Assembly (NCBI GenBank): GCA_040217195.1 | Contig: JAVJNR010000008.1 | Location: 544,001-608,000 of the forward strand | Length of the DNA stretch: 64,000 bases | Direction: 5' to 3' | DNA from: Leptospiraceae bacterium | GTDB taxonomy: Bacteria > Spirochaetota > Leptospiria > Leptospirales > Leptonemataceae | Shown: positions 1-10,099 of the stretch, piece after piece | How the letters are laid out: every line of letters begins with the position of its first letter | Numbering within the stretch: the stretch's first letter is position 1 | The notes under the pieces: model-generated | Database searches by the model: none | What the model was told of the DNA's origin: nothing | Seen by the model: the letters and a program-made list of their open reading frames with translations, nothing else | Made by a program: the position numbers and the translations under genes

Positions 1-1145
1 GTGATATAGCGATTTGAAAGCTTGGCTGCAGCCACTAGAGCACTGTCAGTTACTCGAATACCATGATGCAGCTCATAACGGTCTTTCAATCCCCGAAGAA
101 TGGTAACAGATTCCTCTTCAGAGGGCTCCTTGACATACACCGGCTGAAAGCGCCTTTCCAGAGCCTGATCTTTCTCAATGTATTTCTGATACTCTTTAAG
201 AGTCGTAGCTCCAATACATCGTAGATCTCCTCGAGCAAGTGCAGGCTTGATCATATTGGATGCATCCAGGGAACCTTCAGCAGCACCAGCGCCAACAATG
301 GTATGGATTTCATCTATAAAGAGGATGATTCTACCATCGGATCTCTGAACCTCATTAAGCAAAGCTTTGAACCGGTCTTCGAATTCTCCGCGATACTTGG
401 CTCCTGCAATCATGGATCCCAGATCCAATGCATAGAGTTCTTTATCCAGCAGGCCTTCCGGTACTTCACCGGCTACAATCTTTCCGGCAAGACCTTCTAC
501 AATGGCCGTTTTACCGGTTCCGGGCTCACCAATCAATATTGGATTGTTCTTCGTTCTTCGGCTGAGCACCTGCATGATTCGTCGAATCTCTTCATCTCGA
601 CCAATCACTGGGTCCAGCTTACCTTTACGGGCTGAATCGTTCAGGTTTCTGGCATATTTGGACAGAGCCTCGATCGTATCTTCGGGGTTGTCATTTGTTA
701 TGGGCTGACCGCCTCTCATTTCATTAACCGCCTGCTTGATCTCTTTTGGGTCCAGACCCAATCGTTTTAGTTCCCCGGTTAATTTCTGAGTATCATCTTC
801 CAGATAGGCCAGGGCAATATGTTCCGTGGACAGATATTGATCGTCTCGATTCTTGGCGATCTTATCTGCCCTTTGAAGCAACTGGGCAAATCCCCTGGAT
901 GGTCGGATTTCCATTTCGCCTTCGGCTCTGGGAAGTGTTCCAAGATGACCTTCCAGAAGTCCCAGCACTGTGCTTTGAGACACTCCCATCCTTTCCAGAA
1001 GCATGGGACCCATCCCTTCCTCCTGGCGGAATATTTCGTAGAGTAAATGCTCCGGCATTACCTCAGGATTTCCTCTTTCCTGTGCTATCTCCTGAGCATT
1101 TTCAATGGCCTCATGGGCTTTGGTTGTTAGTTTATCTAGTTTCAT
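1..1145 (-). CDS. clpB: ATP-dependent chaperone ClpB, 5' part (runs off the left edge of the window)
   Basis: Manual translation of the minus strand: starts [22 protein letters not shown] after an AGGAG RBS; contains the NBD1 Walker B region [34 protein letters not shown] and [25 protein letters not shown]. Missing from the ORF track because it is truncated. Confidence 0.93.
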   Translation of the reverse strand, partial: MKLDKLTTKAHEAIENAQEIAQERGNPEVMPEHLLYEIFRQEEGMGPMLLERMGVSQSTVLGLLEGHLGTLPRAEGEMEIRPSRGFAQLLQRADKIAKNRDDQYLSTEHIALAYLEDDTQKLTGELKRLGLDPKEIKQAVNEMRGGQPITNDNPEDTIEALSKYARNLNDSARKGKLDPVIGRDEEIRRIMQVLSRRTKNNPILIGEPGTGKTAIVEGLAGKIVAGEVPEGLLDKELYALDLGSMIAGAKYRGEFEDRFKALLNEVQRSDGRIILFIDEIHTIVGAGAAEGSLDASNMIKPALARGDLRCIGATTLKEYQKYIEKDQALERRFQPVYVKEPSEEESVTILRGLKDRYELHHGIRVTDSALVAAAKLSNRYI

Positions 1146-1706
1146 ATCATGGCTCCTGGCGCCTGGACTAAACCTTCTGGTATTCTTTCCATCATGCACA
1201 TATTCATCTCTGCAAAGAGATCTGAACTTATATCAATATTGCTTTGTATACTACCGCTCTGTTGCATACCAGCTTACCCGGGATGAACCCTGTATAACAT
1301 AGATCGGTGATGAGCTGAATGGTATGGCAATGCTCATACTGTAGTGTACTCTAACTCTGCTTCTAGCATTCGTTCATTCACCAGAGGCCTATCAGTCTCT
1401 TCCATCTTTGTTCTATACATAAGGCCATAGCAAGGAATGGACCAGGCTCTGACAATTGCATCGGGCGATCCCTGTGATTCTGAAGCAAAGTCATTGTCGA
1501 TTTGTCAGTGAGGTTGGAAACTCTGGCAGTTTCCATGTATTCTGAGATTGGTTCTCAACAAAAGGCAAAACCCGGAATTTTTACAGCAAAAGAATGCACG
1601 GCTGGCAGATTCTATTGACAGCCTCATTGCAAATCCATTCTTGTTCAAGGCGGGATCAGCGATCATCGCGGCGCTTCCGCCAATTTGGAAAAAGGGCACA
1701 GGCCAA

Positions 1707-2279
1707 ATGGCACCTCTTCTAAGAATCGCAAAGAAGCACGGAATCAAATTTGTATTACTCTTCGCTTTAATCGGCGCATTTGTGTACTTGTACGGAGTTA
1801 ATCCGAAGTATCAGGGATACGCTGCCGATCAACCCATCCCATTCAGCCACAAGATACATGCTGGGGAGCTTGGCGTAGACTGCCAGTTCTGCCACACTAG
1901 TGTGGACAAGAGTGCGATGGCAAGCGTACCGGACACAGCAACCTGTATGAAATGTCATGCATACGTTGCCTCCGACAGTCCGGATATTCAATACCTCCGA
2001 AAAACCTATGAAAAAGGGATCCCCATGCGCTGGAATAAAGTGCATGACCTCCCTGACCATGCAAAGTTTTCGCATAAGGTTCACATTGCCCGTGGCTATG
2101 ACTGCGCTCAATGCCATGGAAACGTTGCTGAAATGGACAAGGTGGAAGTAACCAGCGAGTTTAACATGGGCTGGTGTGTTAACTGCCACCGAGACCAGGC
2201 CAAGCAAATGAACCTGGATAAGGAGCCTGGAGGCAATCATAGCCTGGGCATTACCGACTGTAGCACCTGTCATTATTGA
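1707..2279 (+). CDS. actA: Alternative complex III pentaheme cytochrome c subunit ActA
   Basis: N-terminal TM helix, QPIPFSHKIHAG motif and five CxxCH motifs (CQFCH, CMKCH, CAQCH, CVNCH, CSTCH). First gene of the act cluster. Start placed at ATG 1707. Confidence 0.92.
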   Translation: MAPLLRIAKKHGIKFVLLFALIGAFVYLYGVNPKYQGYAADQPIPFSHKIHAGELGVDCQFCHTSVDKSAMASVPDTATCMKCHAYVASDSPDIQYLRKTYEKGIPMRWNKVHDLPDHAKFSHKVHIARGYDCAQCHGNVAEMDKVEVTSEFNMGWCVNCHRDQAKQMNLDKEPGGNHSLGITDCSTCHY

Positions 2280-2311
2280 GATCACTGGAAGGATCGACCT
2301 GGTTGGATTTC

Positions 2312-5300
2312 ATGGAAACAAAGAATAGAACTAGAAAATACTGGCAATCTCTGGAAGAGAGGAACGCTCCTCCTGCAGAGAACTATAAAGAGCCCGAGTT
2401 TGGCATGTCCAAGAATGAGATGGTTGCCGAACTCAAAAAGAAGCCCGTAAGCCGGAAGAACTTCCTCAAATTTATGGGTGCAGGCGCCGTTCTGGTGCAA
2501 GCCGCATGCCGCCGGCCCACCGAGCAAATCGTACCGGCTGTAATCCGACCGCCCGAGGATATTCCGGGCGAAGCAAACTATTACTCCACAGTAGCTCCCG
2601 ATGGAACCGGCCTGGTGGTTCGGACTTCGAATGCAAGGCCAAACAAGATTTCGGGAAACCCGGAACATCCGCTGACTAAAGGCGGAGTATCCAGTTATGA
2701 TGTGGCCAGCATTATGGATCTTTATGATCCTGATCGTCTGCGCAAGCCAGCCAGGCTTACGAACAGGAAAAAGAAACGAGCTTCCCGGGATGCCCTTATT
2801 TCCGAACTGCAAACCGAGATTAAGAAAGGCGATTATGTCCTGCTAACCGGTCCAATAGATAGTCCCACAAGCAAGAAGCTAATTCGAGACTTTCTAAACG
2901 CTAATCCCGGCGGAAAGCATGTAGAGTTTCGCGCGGACCCAACTCTTCGTCAAATCGCAGAGGGTCAGCGGGCCTCTTACGGCGAAGCACTGATTCCCTA
3001 CTATCGATTTGACCGTGCCAACCTTGTTCTGGCCATCGATGCAGACTTTCTGGGAACCATGGGATTCCCGGCCGCTCATACGGCGGATTTCACCAGCCGT
3101 AGGGATCCTACAAAAGGAAAACCGGCCAGGCTCATCGCCATTGAATCGATGTTCAGTCTTACAGGTTCCAACGCCGATATGCGAATCCCTGTTAAACCAG
3201 GGGATCAAACATCGGTAGCATTATCTCTGGCCGCGCACATTACCCTGAACCTTAAAGTGGGTCCTTATACTGGAAATGCCCAGGTCCGCGGACTTCTGGA
3301 GAACTACACTCCTGAACGAGTGGCCGAGGTGCTGAAACTGGAGCAAACAGCTCTGGAAAAAACAGCGGAAGAACTATGGTCCAATCGAGGGAAAGGACTG
3401 GTCCTGGGTGGATCGCCCTTGGCCGCCACCGGCCGTCAGGCAGCTCTTGGAATTGCCGTAAGTCTGCTAAATGACATTTGTGGCAACGACGGTATCACCG
3501 TAGACTACCGCAACTCATTGAACTACTCTGTAGGCATCTCTGCACCGGATATGCTATCTCTGCTGGCGGACTGTAAGGCGGGTAAAATCAAAACCCTGAT
3601 TGTGTCCGGCGCGAATATTCAGTATCATTTACCGGCCAGTGCTCAGGTAAAAGAGGCTCTGGCAGCCGTTCCATACGTTGCATCGATCAGCGATCGTATC
3701 GATGAAACGGCTAAACTTGGAAATGCAGTGCTTCCACTGAGTCATTTCCTGGAATCCTGGGGTGACCGAGAGGTAATCGGTGGTATTGCTGCCATTCAGC
3801 AGCCGACGGTTCGTCCCATCTTTGACTCTGCCAGCCTGGAAGACTATCTGATTCAAATCAGTGGTGGCACCCTGGGTGGATCTTCTGATTATCATAGCTA
3901 TTTGAAAGCGGCCTGGGCCGGACGTGGAGGCGCCAACTTCCAGAACTTCTGGGTGAAGATACTCCAGGACGGATTCTATGCTCCGGATGCTGGTAAGCTG
4001 AACGGAAATGCTCCAGCCCGTCGATTCAATGCAGGTTCTTTGAATAATCTGCCCAGAAGTGTGGATGAGAAGGACGGTCTGAAACTGGGTCTATTCATGG
4101 GAGTAGCCGTTCGAGACGGAAGTCAGGCAAACAATGCGTATCGCCTGGAACTTCCTGATCCAGTGACCAAGATCGTCTGGGAAAACTATGCTGCCATTCT
4201 TCCTTCTACGGCTCGCAAACTAAAACTGAAGCAAGGCTCTATTGTAAAAGTCAAATCAGGGGAAACCACTCTGGAACTTCCGGTGCACATGCAACCCGGT
4301 CTGCATCCGGATGCAGTACTGGTGGCCCTGGGCTACGGTCGCACGGAAGCAGGTAAGGTGGGCAACGACCGTGGTGTGAATGCCATTTCAGTGGCTACCA
4401 CCGGTGATGATTCTCTCACTCTTTCCGGTCATACGGTCACTCTGGAAAACACCGGAGACCGAAAGACTCTGGGCAATACTCAAACCGTGTATCGTACTGG
4501 AATGAATGAGCCAGACAACTTTCCTGGCATCTCCGACGATATTCCTTACGCTCCTTTTGCTGGCTCAACTCAGTATACCAAAGAGCAACGGCCCATCATT
4601 ATGGAAGCCAGCTATAGCGAGTATAGCAAAGCGAAGGGCTTCCTGAATGAGTATACTGTAAAGCATCCTCAAAATGCACAGCTCATGGAAGCCTGGAAGT
4701 ATGAGAACCTCCGCTGGCATATGGTGGTGGATCTCTCCAAATGTACAGGTTGCGGTTCCTGTGTGACCAGCTGTAATCTTGAAAATAATATTCCTATGGT
4801 TGGCCCGGAAGAGGTATCTGTAGGTAGAGAAATGCACTGGTTGCGAATCGACCGCTATTACAGCGGATCGGAAGAAAACCCCGCGGTAAGCCATCAGCCC
4901 ATGCTATGCCAGCAGTGCGAGAATGCTCCCTGCGAAAATGTATGCCCTGTGGCAGCTACCACCCATAATTCGGAAGGTCTAAATGTAATGACCTATAACC
5001 GTTGTGTAGGAACCAGATACTGCGCCAACAACTGCCCCTACAAAGTGCGCCGCTTTAACTGGTTTGAGAACTGGTATTATATGGAAGGTCTGGAGCGCAA
5101 ACTCCGTGATCCAATGCAGCTGGGACTGAACCCCAACGTAACCGTTCGATCCAGAGGGGTTATGGAGAAGTGTACTTTCTGCGTGCAAAGGATTAATGCG
5201 GCTCGCCAGGATATGAAAGTCCGGGGCGATAAAAGAATCAAAGATGGCACGGTAGTAACGGCCTGTCAGGAAGTTTGCGGTGCTGGAGCCATCACATTCG

Positions 5301-5434
5301 GCGACATCAACGATAAATCCTCGGCTGTATATCAGCTGGCTGAAAAAGACAAGAGAAGATACCGCGTCCTGGATTTTCTGGGTGTGGCACCTTCGGTGAC
5401 CTATCTTGCGAAGATTCGCAATCCCATGGCTTAA
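2312..5434 (+). CDS. actB: Alternative complex III subunit ActB (molybdopterin-oxidoreductase-like domain plus Fe-S domain)
   Basis: KYWQSLEE start, Tat-like SRKNFLK followed by Cys (AACRRP); C-terminal Fe-S motifs CTGCGSCVTSC, CQQCENAPCENVCP, CVGTRYCANNCPY and MEKCTFC. Confidence 0.93.
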   Translation: METKNRTRKYWQSLEERNAPPAENYKEPEFGMSKNEMVAELKKKPVSRKNFLKFMGAGAVLVQAACRRPTEQIVPAVIRPPEDIPGEANYYSTVAPDGTGLVVRTSNARPNKISGNPEHPLTKGGVSSYDVASIMDLYDPDRLRKPARLTNRKKKRASRDALISELQTEIKKGDYVLLTGPIDSPTSKKLIRDFLNANPGGKHVEFRADPTLRQIAEGQRASYGEALIPYYRFDRANLVLAIDADFLGTMGFPAAHTADFTSRRDPTKGKPARLIAIESMFSLTGSNADMRIPVKPGDQTSVALSLAAHITLNLKVGPYTGNAQVRGLLENYTPERVAEVLKLEQTALEKTAEELWSNRGKGLVLGGSPLAATGRQAALGIAVSLLNDICGNDGITVDYRNSLNYSVGISAPDMLSLLADCKAGKIKTLIVSGANIQYHLPASAQVKEALAAVPYVASISDRIDETAKLGNAVLPLSHFLESWGDREVIGGIAAIQQPTVRPIFDSASLEDYLIQISGGTLGGSSDYHSYLKAAWAGRGGANFQNFWVKILQDGFYAPDAGKLNGNAPARRFNAGSLNNLPRSVDEKDGLKLGLFMGVAVRDGSQANNAYRLELPDPVTKIVWENYAAILPSTARKLKLKQGSIVKVKSGETTLELPVHMQPGLHPDAVLVALGYGRTEAGKVGNDRGVNAISVATTGDDSLTLSGHTVTLENTGDRKTLGNTQTVYRTGMNEPDNFPGISDDIPYAPFAGSTQYTKEQRPIIMEASYSEYSKAKGFLNEYTVKHPQNAQLMEAWKYENLRWHMVVDLSKCTGCGSCVTSCNLENNIPMVGPEEVSVGREMHWLRIDRYYSGSEENPAVSHQPMLCQQCENAPCENVCPVAATTHNSEGLNVMTYNRCVGTRYCANNCPYKVRRFNWFENWYYMEGLERKLRDPMQLGLNPNVTVRSRGVMEKCTFCVQRINAARQDMKVRGDKRIKDGTVVTACQEVCGAGAITFGDINDKSSAVYQLAEKDKRRYRVLDFLGVAPSVTYLAKIRNPMA

Positions 5435-5456
5435 TTAGAAAAGGGACAAACTAGAA

Positions 5457-6851
5457 ATGGCCAATAATACAGAAACCCTGGAAAAAGTAGAACTCGTACA
5501 AGGTAATAAGAGCTACGGCGATGTTAATCAGGACATTACACGCCCTCTTGATACATTTCCCGAGAAATGGTGGTGGGGCGCTTTTGCAGTAGCTCTGGGC
5601 CTACTGACCCTGCTGATTGTGGAAATCGGCTATTTGATCGCAGTCGGCATGGGCGTAGTTGGTGTGAACGTTCCGGTAAGCTGGGGTTCCTTTATTATCA
5701 CGTTCGTTTTCTGGATCGGTATTGGACATGCCGGTACATTGATTTCTGCAATTCTGTATATTTTCCGACAGGAATGGAGAACGGCTGTAAACCGTTCCGC
5801 TGAAGCCATGACAATCTTTGCCGTGGCCTGTGCAGGTATTTATCCGCTAATTCACGTTGGTCGCCCCTGGTTTACATTCTGGTTGTTTCCTTACCCGAAT
5901 GAAAGAGGAACTCTCTGGCCAAACTTCCGTTCTCCGCTTCTGTGGGACCTATTTGCTATTTCTACATATTTGACCATCTCCCTGGTATTCTGGTACATGG
6001 GACTGATTCCTGACTTTGCTTCCGTTCGGGACAAAATCAAAGGCGGGGAATGGTTCAACAAGTTGCGAAAGAACCTCTATTCCGTGCTGTCTATGGGCTG
6101 GGTGGGCTCCGCCCGAGCCTGGTCGCATTATGAAACCACAGCTATGATTCTGGCTGGTCTTTCTGCACCACTGGTTCTTTCCGTTCACACAATTGTATCT
6201 TTTGACTTCGCCACCTCCGTAATTCCTGGATGGCACACCACAATCTTCCCGCCCTACTTTGTGGCCGGGGCGATTTTCTCCGGATTCGGAATGGTGCTTA
6301 CTCTCCTGATCCTCATGCGTGAGCTGTTTGGCTTTAAAGAATACATCACCGTAAAACACCTGGAGAATATGGCCAAGATTACCATGCTCACCGGGACACT
6401 GGTGGGTCTGGCCTATGCCACGGAGTTCTTTATCGCATGGTATTCCGGCTCCAAGTTTGAAGGTTTCGCATTCATCAACCGGATGCTCGGGCCTTACTGG
6501 TGGTCCTACTGGATCATGGTATCCTGTAATGTAATTTCCCCGCAGCTATTCTGGTTCAAGAAAATCCGGACCAATCCTGCAGCACTGTGGATTATCAGTA
6601 TCTTCGTAAACATCGGAATGTGGTTCGAGCGTTACGTGATTGTAGTAACCAGTCTGCATAGGGACTACCTCCCTTCGAGCTGGGATCTATATATCATGAC
6701 GATTCATGACTTTGGAATTCTAATTGGTTCCTTTGGATTGTTTTTCACTCTGTTCCTGCTCTTCATGAGGTTCTTTCCTACCATCGCTATGGCAGAGATT
6801 AAAACAGTAATGAAAAGCCCTGGAGCCCGTGGCTACGGCGGAGGCCATTAA
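5457..6851 (+). CDS. actC: Alternative complex III quinol-oxidising membrane subunit ActC (NrfD/PsrC family)
   Basis: [50 protein letters not shown] and [19 protein letters not shown] motifs; polytopic membrane protein. Confidence 0.93.
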   Translation: MANNTETLEKVELVQGNKSYGDVNQDITRPLDTFPEKWWWGAFAVALGLLTLLIVEIGYLIAVGMGVVGVNVPVSWGSFIITFVFWIGIGHAGTLISAILYIFRQEWRTAVNRSAEAMTIFAVACAGIYPLIHVGRPWFTFWLFPYPNERGTLWPNFRSPLLWDLFAISTYLTISLVFWYMGLIPDFASVRDKIKGGEWFNKLRKNLYSVLSMGWVGSARAWSHYETTAMILAGLSAPLVLSVHTIVSFDFATSVIPGWHTTIFPPYFVAGAIFSGFGMVLTLLILMRELFGFKEYITVKHLENMAKITMLTGTLVGLAYATEFFIAWYSGSKFEGFAFINRMLGPYWWSYWIMVSCNVISPQLFWFKKIRTNPAALWIISIFVNIGMWFERYVIVVTSLHRDYLPSSWDLYIMTIHDFGILIGSFGLFFTLFLLFMRFFPTIAMAEIKTVMKSPGARGYGGGH

Positions 6852-6875
6852 TCCAGAACTATCTGGCAGGTAATT

Positions 6876-7565
6876 ATGGAAAAGCTAAACGCTATGACAG
6901 AAAAACTGGAACAATTCTTTGACCGGTTCTTTGAGAAGCAATACGTAGCCTTCCGGAACATTCTGGACAAGGCTTTCGAATACACTTACCGGGAAACCGA
7001 AAAGGGAGTATTCGGACTGTTCAACACACCGGAGCAAATCTCGGATGCTGCAAAGAAAACAAAAGAAAAGGGATTTACGAACTTCGATTGCCTGACTCCA
7101 TTTCCGGTGCACGGCCTGGAGTTTGACATGGGCTTCAAACGCTCCAGGCTCCCTTACGTAACATTCTTTGCAGGACTCACCGGGTTCACCATTGCATTCC
7201 TGCTCCAATTCATCGTACATGAGCAGGTGATCAATTATACCATTACCCGCGCCATCGATGCATACCCGAACCTGAACTCCTATCCTCTGAATATTGGTGG
7301 GAAACCTACTTATAGTTGGCCGGCCATGATTCCTATCTGCTTTGAGCTAACTATTCTTTTTGGCGGACTGGCAACGGTGGCTGGATTGTTTATGATTTCC
7401 CGAATCCCCAGGCCATTCCGGAGGATTCTGCATCCTTCTATTACTGATGATAAATTCTGTCTCTGGATCCCGGAAGACTCAGCCAACTACGATGAAGAAG
7501 GCGTGAAGTCCTTTCTTCAAGAAATGGGTGCTGAGGAAATCACTTCGGTTAAGGAGTCGGCGTAG
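6876..7565 (+). CDS. actD: Alternative complex III subunit ActD (DUF3341)
   Basis: TPFPVHGL, YPLNIGGKP and IPICFELTILF motifs, two TM helices, position after actC. Confidence 0.9.
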   Translation: MEKLNAMTEKLEQFFDRFFEKQYVAFRNILDKAFEYTYRETEKGVFGLFNTPEQISDAAKKTKEKGFTNFDCLTPFPVHGLEFDMGFKRSRLPYVTFFAGLTGFTIAFLLQFIVHEQVINYTITRAIDAYPNLNSYPLNIGGKPTYSWPAMIPICFELTILFGGLATVAGLFMISRIPRPFRRILHPSITDDKFCLWIPEDSANYDEEGVKSFLQEMGAEEITSVKESA

Positions 7566-7577
7566 CCCGGAAATACC

Positions 7578-8219
7578 ATGATCGACAAGGCAACGAATAT
7601 GAATCCCGTTTCCCGCATTATTACTCTGGCCATCTCTTCTGTGGCACTTGTGTTCGTAGCACAGTGCAATTTCGCAGGGAATCAGTCCGGTATCCATTTC
7701 TTTCTGGATATGCATGATTCTCCGGCAGTAGAATCCCAGGAAGAGGATCCCAGCACCCTGGATGAAGCTTACGAAGGTAACTACGAAAAAACCATGGGCT
7801 CGCTGGAATCCTGGGGCGGTCCGGGCTCCACGGCTCGTACAGCTCCAGAAGGCACTGTGCCCAGGAACAAAACACCGTATTTGATTCCGGCCGCAGACTT
7901 TGATCAGGCTGCGAAAATGAATAACCCGCTGCGCCCTACCAAAGAGGTGCTTGAACTGGGTCAGAAGAAATACAATACGTATTGTGCCGTTTGCCATGGC
8001 AACACCGGCATGGGCGATGGACCGGTAACTCCGCGATTCGCTGATATTCCTGCTCTGGTAGGAGACGAATCACTGGTACTGAACTGGGAAGACGGTAGAA
8101 TCTTCCATATCATTACCGTTGGCCGAGCCCGTATGCGGCCTTATGCAGCTCAGACTACAGAAAAAGAGCGATGGGCCATCATTCATTATATAAATCTGCT
8201 TCAGAAGCAGGGACAGTAG
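7578..8219 (+). CDS. actE: Alternative complex III monoheme cytochrome c ActE
   Basis: Signal peptide with Cys, DMHDSPA, APEGTVPR, CAVCH heme motif and distal-Met region GRARMRPY. Confidence 0.88.
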   Translation: MIDKATNMNPVSRIITLAISSVALVFVAQCNFAGNQSGIHFFLDMHDSPAVESQEEDPSTLDEAYEGNYEKTMGSLESWGGPGSTARTAPEGTVPRNKTPYLIPAADFDQAAKMNNPLRPTKEVLELGQKKYNTYCAVCHGNTGMGDGPVTPRFADIPALVGDESLVLNWEDGRIFHIITVGRARMRPYAAQTTEKERWAIIHYINLLQKQGQ

Positions 8220-8237
8220 AAACAGGAACGATTATCT

Positions 8238-9479
8238 ATGGCAGCAAATCTGGAACAGGACAAACTGAAGTTTGAATTCCCTCCCCGGCTGAAGCAAATC
8301 AGTCTGGCTTTGATAGCGCTGGGACTGATTCTCACAGTGGCGCAGATTTTCGTACCCTGGCACGGTCATGGAGAGCATGTGCCGGGACACAACCCCAGAC
8401 TATTTCTTTCTATCCTCCTGGCTGTTCTGGTATTCTTACCTGTGGCTGTGGGCGGTATCTATTTCACGGCCCTGCATCATGCATCCGGCGCGGCCTGGAG
8501 TGTATCTGTACGGCGAATCGCAGAATCCTATTTCTGGTTTTTGCCTGTAATTCTTCTGGCTCTAGTCGCAGTATTCTTTGGACTCGGTGATGCGTATCAC
8601 CACTGGGTGGGAAAAGCTGCAGAAGACGAACTGATTCAATGGAAAGCTCCGTATCTGGATCAGACTTTCTTCATTGTAAGAAATCTTATTATCATCGGAA
8701 TCTGGATTTTCTTTGGCCTTCTATTCTGGAAGAAATCCACAGCCCAGGACAATGATGGAAAGGTATCTCATACCAAATCCATGATCAAATGGTCCGCAGG
8801 ATTTCTAGTTCTTTTTGGTCTTACATTCTCCGTTAGCTCCTGGGATCTTTCCATGAGTCTGGAGCCTCACTGGTTTTCTACAATGTGGGCCGTCTACATT
8901 TTCGCAGGTCTTGCTCTAACAACATTCGCATCCCTGATTCTCTGGGTGAACTATCTGAAAGGCCGGGGACTACTGGGCGATGCAGTGAATGAAAATCATA
9001 TTCACGATCTGGGAAAATATCTATGGGGCCATACGATCTTCTGGGCCTACATTGGAATCTGTCAGTATCTTCTGATCTGGTACGCACATATTCCAGAAGA
9101 GACCTACTTTTACAACAATCGACTGTTCACAGATGAAATGGGCTTCAACTCCTGGAGCTGGGTAAGCCTGGGACTTCTGGTTCTTCGATTCTTTATTCCT
9201 TTTTTCGCACTGCTAAAACGTGAGAACAAACGTAATATTAAGTTTCTGTCTGTCATCGCCTGGATTGTAATTCTGGGACAGATCGTAGATATGTACTGGG
9301 TGGCCTACCCAACCCTGGAACATGATGCTTCATTTGTCATGTTTTCCTGGCAAGAACTGGGCCCCCTTCTGGCGCTGGGTGGAGCTTTCATATTCGTTGT
9401 GGGCTCTGCTCTAACAAGAGCTAACCTGGTGCCTGTAAAGGATCCCAAGCTGGAAGAATGTCTGCACATGCACCAATAG
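8238..9479 (+). CDS. actF: Alternative complex III membrane subunit ActF
   Basis: Polytopic; MSLEPHWFSTMW, HIHDLGKY and QYLLIWYAHIPEET motifs. Confidence 0.9.
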   Translation: MAANLEQDKLKFEFPPRLKQISLALIALGLILTVAQIFVPWHGHGEHVPGHNPRLFLSILLAVLVFLPVAVGGIYFTALHHASGAAWSVSVRRIAESYFWFLPVILLALVAVFFGLGDAYHHWVGKAAEDELIQWKAPYLDQTFFIVRNLIIIGIWIFFGLLFWKKSTAQDNDGKVSHTKSMIKWSAGFLVLFGLTFSVSSWDLSMSLEPHWFSTMWAVYIFAGLALTTFASLILWVNYLKGRGLLGDAVNENHIHDLGKYLWGHTIFWAYIGICQYLLIWYAHIPEETYFYNNRLFTDEMGFNSWSWVSLGLLVLRFFIPFFALLKRENKRNIKFLSVIAWIVILGQIVDMYWVAYPTLEHDASFVMFSWQELGPLLALGGAFIFVVGSALTRANLVPVKDPKLEECLHMHQ

Positions 9480-9505
9480 GAATGTTTAGAGGGAAAGCGA
9501 AAGAG

Positions 9506-10075
9506 ATGCAATCCAACAAGTATATCATATCTGGAATCCTGATTCTGGCAGCAGCGGCCTGCGGAAAGGAGCCTGCGCCCATCTACAAGGCAACTGCAGA
9601 CAGCCTGTACAATGGATCTGTCTACTACGCAAGTTCCGAGTACAACTGCAAGAGTTGCCATGGCATCGCCTGGGATGGCAATGGCCCGGAAGCAAAAGGC
9701 CTGAAAGAACAGGGAATTGAAGTACCTTCTTTTACAGATGCCACCTCCCCGGAAGTAACTCCCGTGGATTATTTCAAGGCCATGACCGTAGGAACTGAAA
9801 AGACCACTGATCTTCCTTCAGGCCATGCGTATCAATCCCATACAGACCGGGGACGTTGGGCCATGGCTCATTACCTGTATTCTCTGGCTCCTCCGGTTTC
9901 TTCCAAAGACAAGGCCAAACGCGAAGAAGCCATCCATGCAGCCATGGAAGAGGTTAAGCAAGCCTATGCCAGCAGTCGTCGCTGGAATATGGGTTTCACT
10001 CCGCTAAAGGAAAGACCTCAACCTCCCAAACTTGAAGAGATGAGTGGATTCAATCCTGCACCGGCAGAAGAGTAA
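9506..10075 (+). CDS. Monoheme c-type cytochrome lipoprotein in the ACIII operon
   Basis: Lipoprotein-like signal (ILAAAA-C), one CKSCH motif, class-I cytochrome C-terminal helix RWAMAHYLYSL. Confidence 0.8.
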   Translation: MQSNKYIISGILILAAAACGKEPAPIYKATADSLYNGSVYYASSEYNCKSCHGIAWDGNGPEAKGLKEQGIEVPSFTDATSPEVTPVDYFKAMTVGTEKTTDLPSGHAYQSHTDRGRWAMAHYLYSLAPPVSSKDKAKREEAIHAAMEEVKQAYASSRRWNMGFTPLKERPQPPKLEEMSGFNPAPAEE

Positions 10076-10099
10076 GGCAAACAGGAATCGATCATAACT

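Noticed and set aside
303..1302. Plus-strand ORFs of 65-141 aa
   Set aside because: Antisense shadows of clpB, which occupies the minus strand.
1146..1706. CIRCE or FNR box in the clpB/actA divergent region
   Set aside because: No adequate match to TTAGCACTC-N9-GAGTGCTAA or TTGAT-N4-ATCAA. The TTGACA at 1615 has no well-spaced -10 element.
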